DNA of 39,560 nucleotides from Octopus bimaculoides (lineage: Eukaryota), in NCBI RefSeq assembly GCF_001194135.2, contig NC_068983.1, positions 80,907,606-80,947,165 on the forward strand. Direction: 5' to 3'. The first letter of the stretch is position 1. Every line of letters begins with the position of its first letter. The notes below the pieces were generated by a model that saw only the letters and a program-made list of their open reading frames with translations, was not told the DNA's origin and did not search any database. Below are positions 11,301-24,629 of this stretch, piece after piece. The position numbers were made by a program, and so were the translations under genes.

Positions 11301-11759
11301 TGTTGGATGGACTTTATCTACTTAGGTAGTAGCCCTAATCTATCACTAGTTTGACATCACTTCATGGATCTTGGACACTTTTAGTGGAGTCAGGCTGGAG
11401 TTTATTAAAGGCACATACTTTCATTCATAGCCCAACTCAGTATGTTTTCATTTACTCGGTCTATAAAGAGAATTTCTTTTCTAAGACAGCTACTGCAGTG
11501 AAAGTTTTTCCATATTTGAGTGTACATGGATCTGTTTAATATAAATGTAAACAGATTTATTTTAAATATAAAAAAGATTCAAGGTAAAACAAATAAGGGC
11601 ACAGGTGAGAGGCTACCCCTTAAGCTGGATCAGAGCATTTTAAAACTATATCCTGTGTTGGATGATGTGAAAAGTATAACATGTTTATTTCATGCAATGA
11701 TAGACTATAAGTATGGGTGTGTGGATTTCACCAGGATGTCTATCATCTGAAGGTCTTTT

Positions 11760-12230
11760 GAATTCTGGTCCTATTTCCTTCTCCTCTATCAGTACATCAT
11801 TTCTTGAGGTCTTTTATTAGATTTATCAGTATCTCAGTGTTTTTAAAAACACCTCTTTATATGTCATACTCGTCATCGTGTCTTTTCCTGTTTCTGCCAT
11901 CTGTGACATTTAGTTTATAAGTTTTGGATAACTCTGTAGTCACCAGAATATGAAGCCCATGCCGCTTCCATCAAACCTCATGTTGCAGGTCACTTCTGCA
12001 CTCAATATTCTCTTTGTTGTGCTGTAAGCTAAGAGTCAGCACTAGTAACTCTAGACATGTTCCCTTTATTCCATTTTCTTGATATGCTGCATCAGCCTGT
12101 GGAGAAGCATGAAGTACACCAGCTCTGCTTGTCTCCTTGCTTAAGTCTTCTTGTTGAAGGAGCATACATCCTACACCACATCAGCTAAGACACTGTCCAG
12201 ATTCTCTTCAGCAGGTATATGGAGCCCCTC
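11760..12230 (-). pseudogene. Old RTE-like ORF C-terminal relic
   Basis: Minus frames give ME*REHV..NMRFDG..GRNRKR..MTYKEVFLK, resembling RTE SWREH..RMRFAG..GR....TY.D.L. Heavily decayed. Confidence 0.45.
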
Positions 12231-12658
12231 CATTTTTTTAAAACAGACCTATATTACTATTTTCCTGCTTTGAGTAAATTCCACAAGCAAGGAGATTGTT
12301 TCATTTGTAACTGATCTCTTCCAATCTTTTCTTTTACTGGAACTAATCCACCTCCAATAACACATTTTAGCTTACAACATTAGTATGAGATAAGGTGCCG
12401 CCATTTTTAGTGCTTTTGTTATTGCCAATTAAATTTGCATTACAGAAGCATGACTTTGTTTAATTGCTAATTTTACAGTATTCTTTTTTTTTGTCAAAGC
12501 TGTTCCTGTGTCTGAAAGAATTTGGGGGGAAGAATTCACAGCTACAAACACTGTGGCTACCATCTTCTGTTACTATATAGATGGCCATAAAGAACCATAA
12601 CAGACAAAGCAAAATGGATGTTTGCAAACAGATATATACACAAGGAAATATTTAAGAA

Positions 12659-12742
12659 TCATCATCATCATGTTTTGGTTTGGTTTCTATGGCTGGATGC
12701 CCTTCCTAATGCCAACTACTTTACAAAGTGTACTGGGTGCTT
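12659..12742 (-). repeat. Family A tail fragment
   Basis: GGCTGGATGCCCTTCCTAATGCCAAC..GTACTGGGTGCTTT, preceded by (ATC)n. Confidence 0.75.
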
Positions 12743-13459
12743 TGCTTCTTTTCATTACAGATAATGGGGTAGATGTTTAAATATTTTGAAGGCTTTTGTT
12801 GTTGACAAAATAGCACAAATACTCTTTTTTACCATCAAGTAATCCTATAAGAAATCACCTTTTCATCACAGAACTTCACGAAATACATGCATTCATGGCA
12901 AACAACTATAATAATAACAACATCTGCATCAGCAATAATAATACTAATAATAATCAGTCATGATTAGATGTTTTCAAAACATTTAGATCAAATAGATTTA
13001 CTTGAATGTATGAAGACTAAAACTAATTCATGCTCTCACAAATTTGTGACAGCAATTATGATGTTTTCTTTGACACTTTAATGTTTTCCAGCTGTCAATT
13101 AGCTCATCTTTTATATATCGGTTCAATGTAGGAGAAAGAAAAACAAAGAGCAAGCAATAGAAAGAAATGACTATGCAATATTAGACAAATATATTGCTAA
13201 GGGTTTGACCAATTATTGAATTTGTGTTCATGAGACATTTCAAAATCCATCCAGGTCAACAAATGATATTGTATTATATCATGCATTTAGTTGAAGACAT
13301 TCACAATAAACAAAAAGAAAAGAAAAATGTAATAGCACAAAAAGAAAAAAAAGATTGGAAAGGATAAAAAATATATATATAATTTGATTAGCTTCAGTGA
13401 TTTGTTTTACTAGTTTCCATCTCATGATAATTGGCTGGGATGAAACTAGTTGAGTATGC

Positions 13460-13576
13460 TAGAAATTATGTGTAAGTATATGTATATTTATATATCTATA
13501 CATACACTAACACACACACAGATATATCTACATCTATATTTATCCATCTGTCTATCTACGTATCTCTACCTATCTG

Positions 13577-13639
<63 letters not shown>

Positions 13640-14021
13640 GTCTATTACTGTCTATCTGTCTATTTGTCTGTCTGTCTATTACTGTCTATCTATCTGTACA
13701 CACACACATACACACATTAAATGTATTTATTTGTATGCATGCTTGTATACATATATAAGTATATACTTATATGTATGCTTATATGCATATATGTATATAT
13801 GTGTGTGTGTGTATATATATATATATACATATACATATGTATATACACACACATATATATACACAAACATACATATATATATATATATACACACACACAC
13901 ATACACATGTTCACATACATAAATATATATACATGTGCACATGCATATATCTATATACAAATTATATATTTATGTTTATGTATTTATATACACACATGCA
14001 TAAAACAAACACACACACACT

Positions 14022-14061
<40 letters not shown>
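13460..14061. repeat. Compound microsatellite (ATCT)n, (TA/CA) mix, (CA)n
   Basis: Directly visible; source of several spurious ORFs. Confidence 0.95.
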
Positions 14062-14065
<4 letters not shown>

Positions 14066-14239
14066 TTGCTTTTTTACATTTTTTTCATAATAGTATAGGA
14101 TAATGGAATATAATATTGAGGCATTGTTTCATAGCTTGATACCTTTCCTGTTACTAATTCTTTTCTGGGTTTTTTTTTTTTAAGTAAAGAATCTCTTATA
14201 TCACATGTCATTGTTTTGTTGAAGACTTGTTGATAAAAG

Positions 14240-14395
14240 TGGAGGTGTGGTTAGGAAATTCACTTTGCAACCATGTGGTTTCAGGTTCAGTCCCACTGTG
14301 TAGCACATCGAGCAAGTGTGTTCTAATATAATGCCATGCCAATGAGTGCCTCTTTGAATGCATTTGATGGATGGAAACTGTGTGGAATCCCATTG
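14240..14395 (+). mobile_element. SINE family B 5' half
   Basis: CAACCATGTGGTTTCAGGTTCAGTCCCACTGTGTAGCAC..GAGCAAGTGTGTTCT..GATGGAAACTG. Confidence 0.7.
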
Positions 14396-14479
14396 TATAT
14401 GTGCGAGTGTGTATGTGTGTGTGCATGTATGCATGTGTGTGAGTATGTGTATATGTGTGTATGTGTGTGTGTGTGTATG

Positions 14480-14759
<280 letters not shown>

Positions 14760-14777
14760 GTGGTGGTTGTCTACTCC

Positions 14778-15110
14778 TTATGCAGAATCTGACCACTGCT
14801 TGTACTTATGCCTTAGATCTATCATGGCATCTGATGTGGGTGTTTTAAGACACCCACATAAATTACATGTCTGCTTTGGACCACTAAAAGCTGCAGTTAA
14901 GTTCTGACCTTTGTGGATCTTGAAATATCTTTTGAAGCCTCTGTTAGATTTGCAGACCTTATGACATACATGGCATTGACAGGTATGCACAGATAGATAG
15001 GCAAAGTAGTTGGTGGAGTTTCGTTTCTAATGGGTCTGCAAATGAGATTTGAGCCTTGCAAAAGAAAGGCATGGTCTGTCACAAATTGTGGATATGAAAA
15101 GGTGGTTGGG
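14778..15110 (-). pseudogene. Degenerate tandem C2H2 zinc-finger coding relic (3 fingers)
   Basis: One frame: FISTICDRPCLSFARLKSHLQTH*...CHVCHKVCKSNRGFKRYFKIH...TCNLCG. Ligand substitutions C>S and H>Y, plus one stop. Confidence 0.7.
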
Positions 15111-15848
15111 ATTCGAACTTAGTCTCCTATTTCTCTATGAGACACCAATTCCGCAGGGTAAACATTGTCTGAAAATCTGTAGTTTCTGCTTTCTTTCTGT
15201 TTGCATGTATATGTATAAACATATTTTGTATATCAAACCCAAGCTGTTATATTCAAGTTGCTCCTCCACATAATTGCCTCTATATATAAACACACACACA
15301 CACACACATAAGAAAAAAGAAAAATATATACATATGTATGTAACTGAAACTGAGTTTGTCTTGTGACTTGAATTTATTGATATACCTTTTTTTTTTTTTT
15401 CTCTATTTTCATTCAAATATTCTCTTTAAACAATACTTCATTTACGACAAATTACACCACCTTATAAACGTCTGCCTCTCTTTTTGGGCAAGTTAAGCAA
15501 CTGTTTTATAAGGATTGTCCACATTTGCAAGACTGTAAGAAATAATGAATCATTCACTAAAATTGTATATACAACACTAAACTGTCACCATGTTAAGATA
15601 ATAATAATATTCATACAGCTACTTGACAAACTACCAAGCTAAAACAGCCCAAAATTTGGGAGCAAATTTTAACCATGCAGTGTTATTGCTTTGATTGTCT
15701 CATGACATATCTACTGGACTGAACCTTTGACATGGCCTTCATATGTAACTATCACAAGACCTTAATACATAGATATAGCAGAGAACTGATCAAAAAATTT
15801 CCATAGCTGACACACACAAACATTTTTAACTGAGGGTGATCTGAGCCA

Positions 15849-15851
<3 letters not shown>

Positions 15852-15900
<49 letters not shown>

Positions 15901-15924
15901 CTACCTACCTACCTACCTACCTGC

Positions 15925-15975
<51 letters not shown>

Positions 15976-15976
15976 C

Positions 15977-16014
<38 letters not shown>
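15852..16014. repeat. (CT)n-(ATCT)n-(ACCT)n compound microsatellite
   Basis: Directly visible. Confidence 0.97.
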
Positions 16015-16016
<2 letters not shown>

Positions 16017-16849
16017 GTTGCCCTGTATTGACACTCGAACCACTACTGCAGAAGCTGGCGACACTGAGGTGTATCCCACGAGAGCTGGGTTGCGGGACGA
16101 GCGTGTCTGCATATGCGGACGATGTCACCGTCATAGTGTCGAGCGAAAAGCACGTCGAGATGCTAGGCGAGACACTTAAAGAATACGAAACGGTGACAGG
16201 AGCAAAAATTAACCCGGAAAAGTCAGTGGGTTTGTTACTCGGCACCTGGAGAAGCAAGCCCATACCGTCCAACAGCGACTCCGNNNNNNNNNNNNNNNNN
16301 NNNNNNNNNNNNNNNNNNNNNNNNNNNNNNNNNNNNNNNNNNNNNNNNNNNNNNNNNNNNNNNNNNNNNNNNNNNNNNNNNNNNNNNNNNNNNNNNNNNN
16401 NNNNNNNNNNNNNNNNNNNNNNNNNNNNNNNNNNNNNNNNNNNNNNNNNNNNNNNNNNNNNNNNNNNNNNNNNNNNNNNNNNNNNNNNCTGTCAACAACC
16501 GTTACATGGAGGACTGGGGATGCCGTGGTTAATGATGCGCAGACATGCGCTGAGACTGCGGCATCTCTGGAACTTCATTGATGACGGTGAACAGGTGTGG
16601 GCGCCGTTTGTGAGGCACGCCTTCCTGCAGCTCGTCTCACTCACCGAACTGCAAACATGGATCAGGAAGAGACCGAAACTGGGCGATTGGCACCGCGAGT
16701 GTAGCCAAGCTCTACAACAGCTCTGCCGTCCGGGATCAAACTTGTGCAACTTCCAAACGACCAATGCGTTCTATAGAGGACTAGTGGAGGGGAGGTCTGA
16801 CGACACTCTCGGGGTAAACCTGGGTGTCGACGAGATATCTGGCCGTTGA
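16017..16849 (+). pseudogene. L1/Tx1-clade ORF2 fragment A (RT C-terminal half onward), CpG-rich
   Basis: LEPLL..SAYADDVTV..KINPEKSVGL..GTW, then N gap 16284-16488, then QPLHGGLGMP. Truncated at both ends. Confidence 0.9.
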
Positions 16850-18457
16850 TATTGTATCTAGATAGGATACTGTGTAGGACAGTAGATAGAGATAGTGTAG
16901 GGTGTCCACAATTCCACTTAATCAGCTACATGGATCACAAACTTGTTACGTGTATGCTAGACTTAGATAAGACACATAGGCAGGGTCCCGGTTACTGGAA
17001 ACTAAATGTGTCTTTCCCATTGAGAGAGGTTTTCAGAGATCGGATTAGCATGCTAGTAAAGAGGGCTTTGACGGGAGCCATCATCAAGAACAAATGGTGA
17101 TTTGCCCTCAAGAGAGCAATAATAGCAGAAGTAATTAGGTATAGAAAAGCATTAGCCATAGCTAGAAACAGAGTAGAGGGTGACCTAGTTAAGAAACTAG
17201 AAGAGATGATTAGAAGTGGCATCACATCCAATGTTTTGGTGGTGAGGTTAGCCCTCGGCCAACACTTCAATGCTAAACATGAAGGGTGCATTGTCAGGGC
17301 TAGGATTTGTGCTCTAAAGAAAAAGGTGTTGGAGCCATGCGAAAGGCTCGGGTGGTAGAAGTGCAACAGAGCAACAAAGCCACCATTTGGTCTCTGATAG
17401 ATGAACAGGGGCACGAATTACTCAAGCCAAGTAAAATGCGTGAGGCCTTTCAACAGCATCTTGCCTGACTGTTCAGGACAAGTGGCAAGTGAGAGTGGAG
17501 GGTGGACTTCAGTGCCAACCTACACGGCCTCCCACAACTCTTGACAAGAGAGTCAGAGTGCTGTGAAGGTGCCATCATGGTGGCGGAAGTGTGGGATGCG
17601 ATGACAGAATGCTCAAGGGACAAATTGCTGGGTTTGGATAGTCTACCCTATGAGCTTTACAGTTATATGCCAGACTTGTTTGGAGATGTCTTGGCAGCTG
17701 TCTACTGTAACTGGCAGCAAAATTGGAGCATCCCCGGTTTTGTGAGCTGAGGAGCTGTAATGCTGCTGAAGTAAGATCCAAACAAGGGTGACGTAATAGA
17801 TAACTTCAGACCCATCACTCTGCTCAATGCAGAATTGAAAATTTTGGCCAAGAGGTTGGCACTTGTCATCGAGAAACTGGTCGGCAAGGCACAAATGTGC
17901 ACCGTACCAGGCCAGAGCATCCATGACAACCTCCATCTGATGCACTACATCATAGACAGGGTGGTTAAGGAACCTGGCATGGGTGGAATCCTGATCAATT
18001 TGGATCAATCCAAAGCTTTCAATAGGAAAGACCATCGATACTTAGAGGCTGTCCTCATAGCGGCTGGTTTCGGTCCCGTCTTCCATAGCTGGATAGCTGC
18101 CTTGTAGAGAGGCATCCGTTTGGTTATTCACATGAATGGACATCTATCAAGACCTTTCAACGTTGCATGTTTGGTCCGTCAGGGATGTCCCCTCTCATTG
18201 CTTCTATACGTATTGATTCTTGAACCACTACTGAGGAAGCTGGCAATGCTGAGGGGAACCCTGCAAGAATTGGGATGCGGAACGAGTGTGTCCGCATACA
18301 CGGACGATGTCACCGTCATAGTGTCTAGCCAGAAGTACATTGAGCTGGTTGGCAAGACTCTGAAGGACTATGAAGCGGTAACAGGATCGAAAATAAACCG
18401 GGAAAAGTCAGTGGGCTTGCGGCTTGGCACCTGGAGAAGCAAGCCCATGCTGTCCTC
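16850..18457 (+). pseudogene. L1/Tx1-clade ORF2 fragment B (end of endonuclease through RT), stops and frameshifts
   Basis: LDRILC..MDHKLV..GPGYWKLN, GLDSLPYELY, NFRPITLLNAELKILAK, LINLDQSKAFN, VRQGCPLS, AYTDDVTV. Confidence 0.92.
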
Positions 18458-18774
18458 CAAAATAACATAGCATCACTTCCACACCCACCTTATTCATCAG
18501 AATAAGCCCCTGCGGACTTCCATCTCTTCCCCAAGATAAAAATGCAGCTCAAAGGTCACCATTTTTACATCATTGTCAAGATCCAGAGAGAATTGCAGAA
18601 GGTCCTTGACTAGCTTATGGTAAATGATTTCCAGGCTAGGTTCCAAAAGTGGTAGGAATGCTGAGACCAATGTATTGCCATGTAAGGTTACTATTTTGAA
18701 GATATTAAAACTTAGGTAAATAAGTTAGTTTTTATTAAACATAATTAGTGTGGGAACTTTTTGATACCATCTCA
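18458..18774 (+). mobile_element. Mariner 3' relic (transposase C-terminus plus right TIR)
   Basis: SLPHPPYSSE*APADFHLFPKIK..FQKW*EC*DQCIAM*GYYFE. Ends GGAACTTTTTGATACCATCTCA|TA. Confidence 0.8.
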
Positions 18775-18777
18775 TAT

Positions 18778-18778
<1 letters not shown>

Positions 18779-18846
<68 letters not shown>

Positions 18847-19028
18847 GTTTAATGTCCGCTTTCTATGCTAGCATGGGTTGGACGATTTGACTGAGGACTG
18901 GCAAGCCAGAAGGCTGCACCAGGCTCCAATCTGATCTGGCAGAGTTTCTACAGCTGGGTGCCCTTCCAAAACGCCAACCACTCCGAGAGTGTAGTGGGTG
19001 CTTTTACGTGCCAGTCACACGGTACTGG

Positions 19029-19030
<2 letters not shown>
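18779..19030 (-). mobile_element. Family A tail with long (ATG)n
   Basis: Reverse complement of 5690-5870; (ATC)n at 18779-18846. Confidence 0.9.
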
Positions 19031-19124
<94 letters not shown>

Positions 19125-19936
19125 TACATACATATATATACTACAAACATACATATATGCTTATTCATACATACATGTTTGTACATATGTGTGTATGTAT
19201 GTGCTGATGCATGTATATATCTATACATGTATATGCATATGGATTGAAGAGAATTTGTTTTTCAAGACAATGAAGATCATGCATTGTTTAAATATTTTCA
19301 TAAATTGAAGTTCTGTTGACAATTGTTGATGTCATAAAATTATTTTTTGTAACATTGATGTTAACTTAACATATGATATTCTCAGCAGTGAAACAGCAAA
19401 CTTTAAATACAATTTCTGTTGAAATTTTTCCTGTATGCATGTGTTTTGGAAAAATGTATATTTATTAACTTGAAAAACTTTTCCTGTACAAGTGCTTACA
19501 TCTAAATTATATGTATGATTATACAAAGGTATTTTGCGATTTCTAATACTGTGTCTATTGAAATTTTGTTTATTTCTTATCAAATAAATATTTGCCTGAA
19601 AACCACTAGTTCTTAAGCTATATTGTAGTCAGTTATAAGTATTATTGAAAGAATGTTCATTATATAATATATTGGTCAAATGAAAGCTAATATTCTTCTC
19701 AACATTGTTGAATAGGTTTGGCAGGTGGTTGAGTCTTATGCTAATGTTTTGGGATATGCACGCATAAACAAGCACACACACATTCACACACATACATCTA
19801 TAAATATATGTATAATATATCTATACACATATAGATATATTATACATCAATAAATATATGTATAATATGTCTATATACATACAGATATATTATACATACA
19901 TACATGTGAATATATATATTTTTATATATATATGCG

Positions 19937-19982
<46 letters not shown>

Positions 19983-20189
19983 CATATAGATATAGATATA
20001 TACACACACATATATATAGTATTAACAAAATATAACAAAAGCTTATAAAAATGTGTGTGAGTGTGTGTATGTATATATATATGTATATATATATAAAGTC
20101 AAGAGGTAGGAGAGGTGAATATATATTTAACCACATGCCTTTCATAGGATTGCAGGCACTTCACAGTTTTCTCATATATATATATATAT

Positions 20190-20340
20190 ATATAAGTGTG
20201 TGGTTAAGTTTGCTTTCTCAATCATGTTTTCGATCAAGACACACTGCACTGTACTTTGGGTTCTTCTACTATAGCCCTATATTTATCAAATCCTTGTGAG
20301 TGAATTTGTAGACAGAAACTGAAAGAAGCCAGTTGTCTGT
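20190..20340 (+). mobile_element. SINE family B 5' half, degenerate
   Basis: TCTTCTACTATAGCC..CCTTGTGAGTGAATTTGTAGACAGAAACTGAAAGAAGCC. Confidence 0.75.
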
Positions 20341-20514
20341 GTGTATATATATATGTATATGTATATATATGTATATGTATATATATTTCACTTAGGCATT
20401 GTAATACTAATAACTTAACTCAGTGTCCAATGCTTCACAACAAAGCATTAGCTGAGCACAGAGTGGTAAGCTAATGAATTTCATAATTGTTTATTCCTTT
20501 GTCATTTTATTTTC

Positions 20515-20552
<38 letters not shown>

Positions 20553-20704
20553 GTAGAAACAGGTGTAGGTCTAATTGAAGCTGTGTATGTATAGAAAGAA
20601 ATTAAAGGTAATGCTACTTTGTAATAATCCTTATTATCATTATTATTATTGTAATTATCATTAATGATAAGGCACTATTTCTGCATCTCCCCCATCTAAT
20701 TCAA

Positions 20705-21395
20705 TTACATTGCCTCCCATGTTAAACAGGTACTTACAGTGGAGGGAACCTTTGGAAGAGGGAACCTTTGGAAGAGGGAACCTATGGTAGACCCAGGAAG
20801 ACATGGGATAAGGTGGTGAAGAATAACCAAACTTTGGGCCTCACAGGGACAATGACTAGTGACCAAGACCTTTGGCAATATGCCGTGCTTGAGAAGACCT
20901 ATCATGCTAAGTGAGATCTAGTCATGGCTAATGCCAGTGTCACGTAACTGGCTCATTAAAAGCACCCTTCAAATGTTGGGTGATATGCTGTGCTTGTGAA
21001 GATATGTTGAGCTGAGTGAAATGATAGTCATGCCTGATACCAATGCCGTCTGACTGGCACCTGTGCCAGTGGCACATAAAAAGTACTGTTTGAGTGTTGG
21101 ACCTCATGGAGACAATGACAGGTGACCAAGCACTTTGGTGATATACCATACTTGTGCAGACCCATCAAGCCAAGTGAGACCATAGTTGTGACTGATGCTG
21201 GTGTCAGGTCAATGGTACCCATGCTAGTGGCATTTAAAAACACCCACTACACTCAGAGTAGCTAATGTTAGGAAGGGTGTCCACCCATAGAAATCTTGCC
21301 AGGTCAGATCGGAACCTGGTGCAGCACCCCACCTTACCAATTTTCAGTCAAACTGTCCACCACATGCCAGCATGGAAAATGGACATTACATGAAT
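20705..21395 (+). mobile_element. RTE LINE 3' end with tandemly repeated ORF-end/UTR modules and family A tail
   Basis: EGT..GRPRKTWDKVV..MTSDQDLWQYAVLEKT, three related ~130-bp modules, then the family A terminus followed by (AAT)n. Confidence 0.8.
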
Positions 21396-21419
21396 AATAA
21401 TAATAATCATAATAATAAT

Positions 21420-21480
<61 letters not shown>

Positions 21481-21481
<1 letters not shown>

Positions 21482-21915
21482 CACAGATTTGTTTGTCAGT
21501 TGTTTGACCTTAACCAGTTGAGCATGTCCTTTGGTGGCTGACAATATGTGCATCTCTGATCATGAGCAGAAGTAGTTGGGGAGCATCATAGCCATGTGTT
21601 GAGAGGGATTCTTTGGGGTTTGAATAATTTACCTTTGGAAACATAGGTGTTTTGCACAACATCCTTAAACAAACCTTATTCAGGGACCTTTTGAGCGGGA
21701 TGGGCTACTTGACCTGAAGAAAATTCTAACTGGGCCCCACCTGCGAGGTCATGCGCTGTTTATCTTGATATGAGATCACCATGTCGCGCACATATGGTTG
21801 TGATGCATGTGCCTGGTGTACCCTTATCAGACGGGTAGTCATGATGGATATAATGGGCATCGTATATTTTACCCCAGCGTCACTTTGGTGGCATGCACTG
21901 CTCTCTCACTCAATG

Positions 21916-21979
<64 letters not shown>

Positions 21980-21980
21980 T
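21481..21980 (+). mobile_element. Repeat family E (probable LINE 3' end or SINE) with (AAT)n tail
   Basis: CpG-containing ~430-bp segment bounded by (AAT)n tracts; second partial copy at 9740-9845. Confidence 0.6.
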
Positions 21981-22175
21981 GATTTCAAATTCTGCACTAG
22001 GCCAGTAATTTCAGGTGAAGGGGCAAGTCAATCCCAGTACTCAACTGGTACTTATTTTATTAACTCCAAAAGGATGAAAGGCAAAGTCAACCTTGGCAGA
22101 ATGTGAACTCAGAACATAAAGACAGATGAAGTATTGCTAAACATTTCGCCTGGCTTACTAATTATTCTGCCACGA
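21981..22175 (-). mobile_element. SINE family C
   Basis: GGATGAAAGGCAAAGTCAACCTTGGCAGAATGTGAACTCAGAAC matches 8990-9040. Confidence 0.85.
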
Positions 22176-23850
22176 GTGATTGTAGGAGCATTAGAAATGA
22201 TCAAAACAGGAACTCAAAATTATTTGAGAATGTTTACCATCCATGTGAAGTGCAAAAGATTGTTTTAACTGGTATGCAACATGTACTTGAGAAGAGCAAT
22301 ATCGATGCAAGAATTATTACCACCCACATATTTTTTTGTGTGTGTGTTTTTTCTCATAACTTCATTTCATTTTGAAAATAAACAATCTGGAGTGTTTAGC
22401 TTAATGTATACTGGGGTGTTTTGCTTAATATTTAGCCTATCAATGTATACAATGAGATTTTTTTGTTCTAAAAGTTGGAAAGACACCCAACAAAACTAAA
22501 TTGAAAGATGAAGAACTCATAATAATAGTATGAAGAAGNNNNNNNNNNGAAGAAGAAGAAGAAGAAGAAGAAGAAGAAGAAGAAGAAGAAATTGTAGTCA
22601 TACTTACTACAATGCAAACATTTCTAGCCCCTTCACACACACGCACAACGTATGTGTGTGCTTATAACATAAGATAATCTAGTTTTAAGCTTAGAAGATA
22701 AAGATGCCTATCAACTTAAAACTGTCTGACAATATAAAAGTGAAAAAGGAGAGATTAAATGTGTGAATCATAAACATTTTTATGACATAAAAAAAATTCC
22801 TAACAATGAAAACTAGATCAGGCTAAATGTTTGGTTCCACCAGTATGAATTTTCAAATGTTACATTTGTGCTGCCATCTCTAAAATTCATGGTGCTTTCA
22901 AAATCTCTGAGAACAACAAGATTCCACCATTTTTAAAGATGGTGACATATAGATCCCTGCACACTGTTTGAAAAATTCTACTGAGGAAACTGCACAAGTA
23001 ATTAATGATTGACTAGACTAATTATAGTCTAAACTACACAAAATTTCCATCACTTACAAGGTGTTAATCTTGAAGATGCTTGCTCAAAGCATTCACTTGT
23101 TCTATCTTTCATTTCTCATTCTGCTACCAAAGTATATTGGTCTGAATTTTTGAGTTAAGTTGCTCTATGAACAGCATCAGTAACCAGTAAAAGAGAGAAT
23201 AGCATACTATTGGGTATTGTAACTCTATCTAAATTTTGAAGTAGTAGATATGCTATAGCAACAAAATTGGACACCATTATTGTTAGATATATCACATGAT
23301 AGTTCATATCATGTTGACTTATATTGTGATAATGTCTTATGTTGAAATGATTTCATGGAAATATAGATAGTGACAGCATGTTATTGAATTAACCCGTGTA
23401 ATATGGTTATTTGATGTATCTCACAAATAGATAGTGAAGTGGTGGTGGTTAGAGTGAATGTATTTTTTTCTGAAAGAAGGGAAGAGAAATTGACGTTTCA
23501 GACAGTTGTCCTTTGTCAAAAAAGGAGGCAAGAGAAAAGGAGAAAAATGTCTAAGAAAACAAAAGTGTTAAGAATGAAGCCAATTAATCACAGTTTCATG
23601 TTATGAATAGTGCCACTTTTATTTTTGAAGCCTAAAACATTTTTTTTCTCTTCTCCATCTTTCTACTTGACAAAAGAGACTGTCCAAAATAGTAATTTCT
23701 ATTCCTTTTCTTCAGGGCACATTACATTGACTTTGTACTCATACCAGTTTTTTTCTTTTCTTTTCTTTTTATGAACAACTCTAGATATACATTTTTATTC
23801 TGCTGTTGTAAATTAGCTGGATTATTGAATTAAAGTAATCCATCATCTGT

Positions 23851-23905
<55 letters not shown>

Positions 23906-24573
23906 CAATAGTATCTGCTATGAGAGTATGGAGGCAACTTAGGATATTAACTTGACTTCAGTTGTAATATATATCATATTTTTGCATTATTAATTGCTAT
24001 TATTGTTATTAATTTAGTGCAGATCAGCCAACCTGATCAATGAAACATATGATTAAAAGGTTTCCAGCCTTGACAATCCAAACTTTTATTCAGATATACC
24101 TGAACTTCATAATCTCAGATTGGTTCCTTTTTTCTCGTAAAGGCTATCTTATTGGCTCACATGGTGGCAGCTCCCTTACTGGCCAAAATATTAGGATGTT
24201 AGTTTTTCTCTATGGAGATATGTCTTTTCTAAATGTTGATGATATGTTTGTTTTGAAAATGTTATCTCACATGTTGTTATAAGTGGTATAAATCCTGTTT
24301 ACTCAGTGGTATAATACCTGTTACTGTTATAATGGCTTCTGAAGTGACACAAGTTAATTTCTATAGTGATTATGCTGAAACTTCTATATAAAGATCTTAC
24401 AGTGGTTTTTTTCATTAAGATATATAATCATAGTGTTATTCATATGCATCAATTCTGTTGCGTTATTTTAGTACTAGAAGTCACAACATAAACATGCTTA
24501 TTGTGATTGCTATATGCTGCAAATTGTACTTATACCTCTTTTCAATTTTTCCATTTGTTTTATAATCTTGCAG

Positions 24574-24629
24574 GCATCAATTCCAGATTACCAAACCCTA
24601 TATTGATTTGCAATAATTGAGAAATAATG
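24574..24629 (+). other. Candidate 56-nt exon ending in ATG
   Basis: Acceptor TTTTTCCATTTGTTTTATAATCTTGCAG| and donor ATG|GTGAGC. Stops in all three frames before the terminal ATG. Confidence 0.3.
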
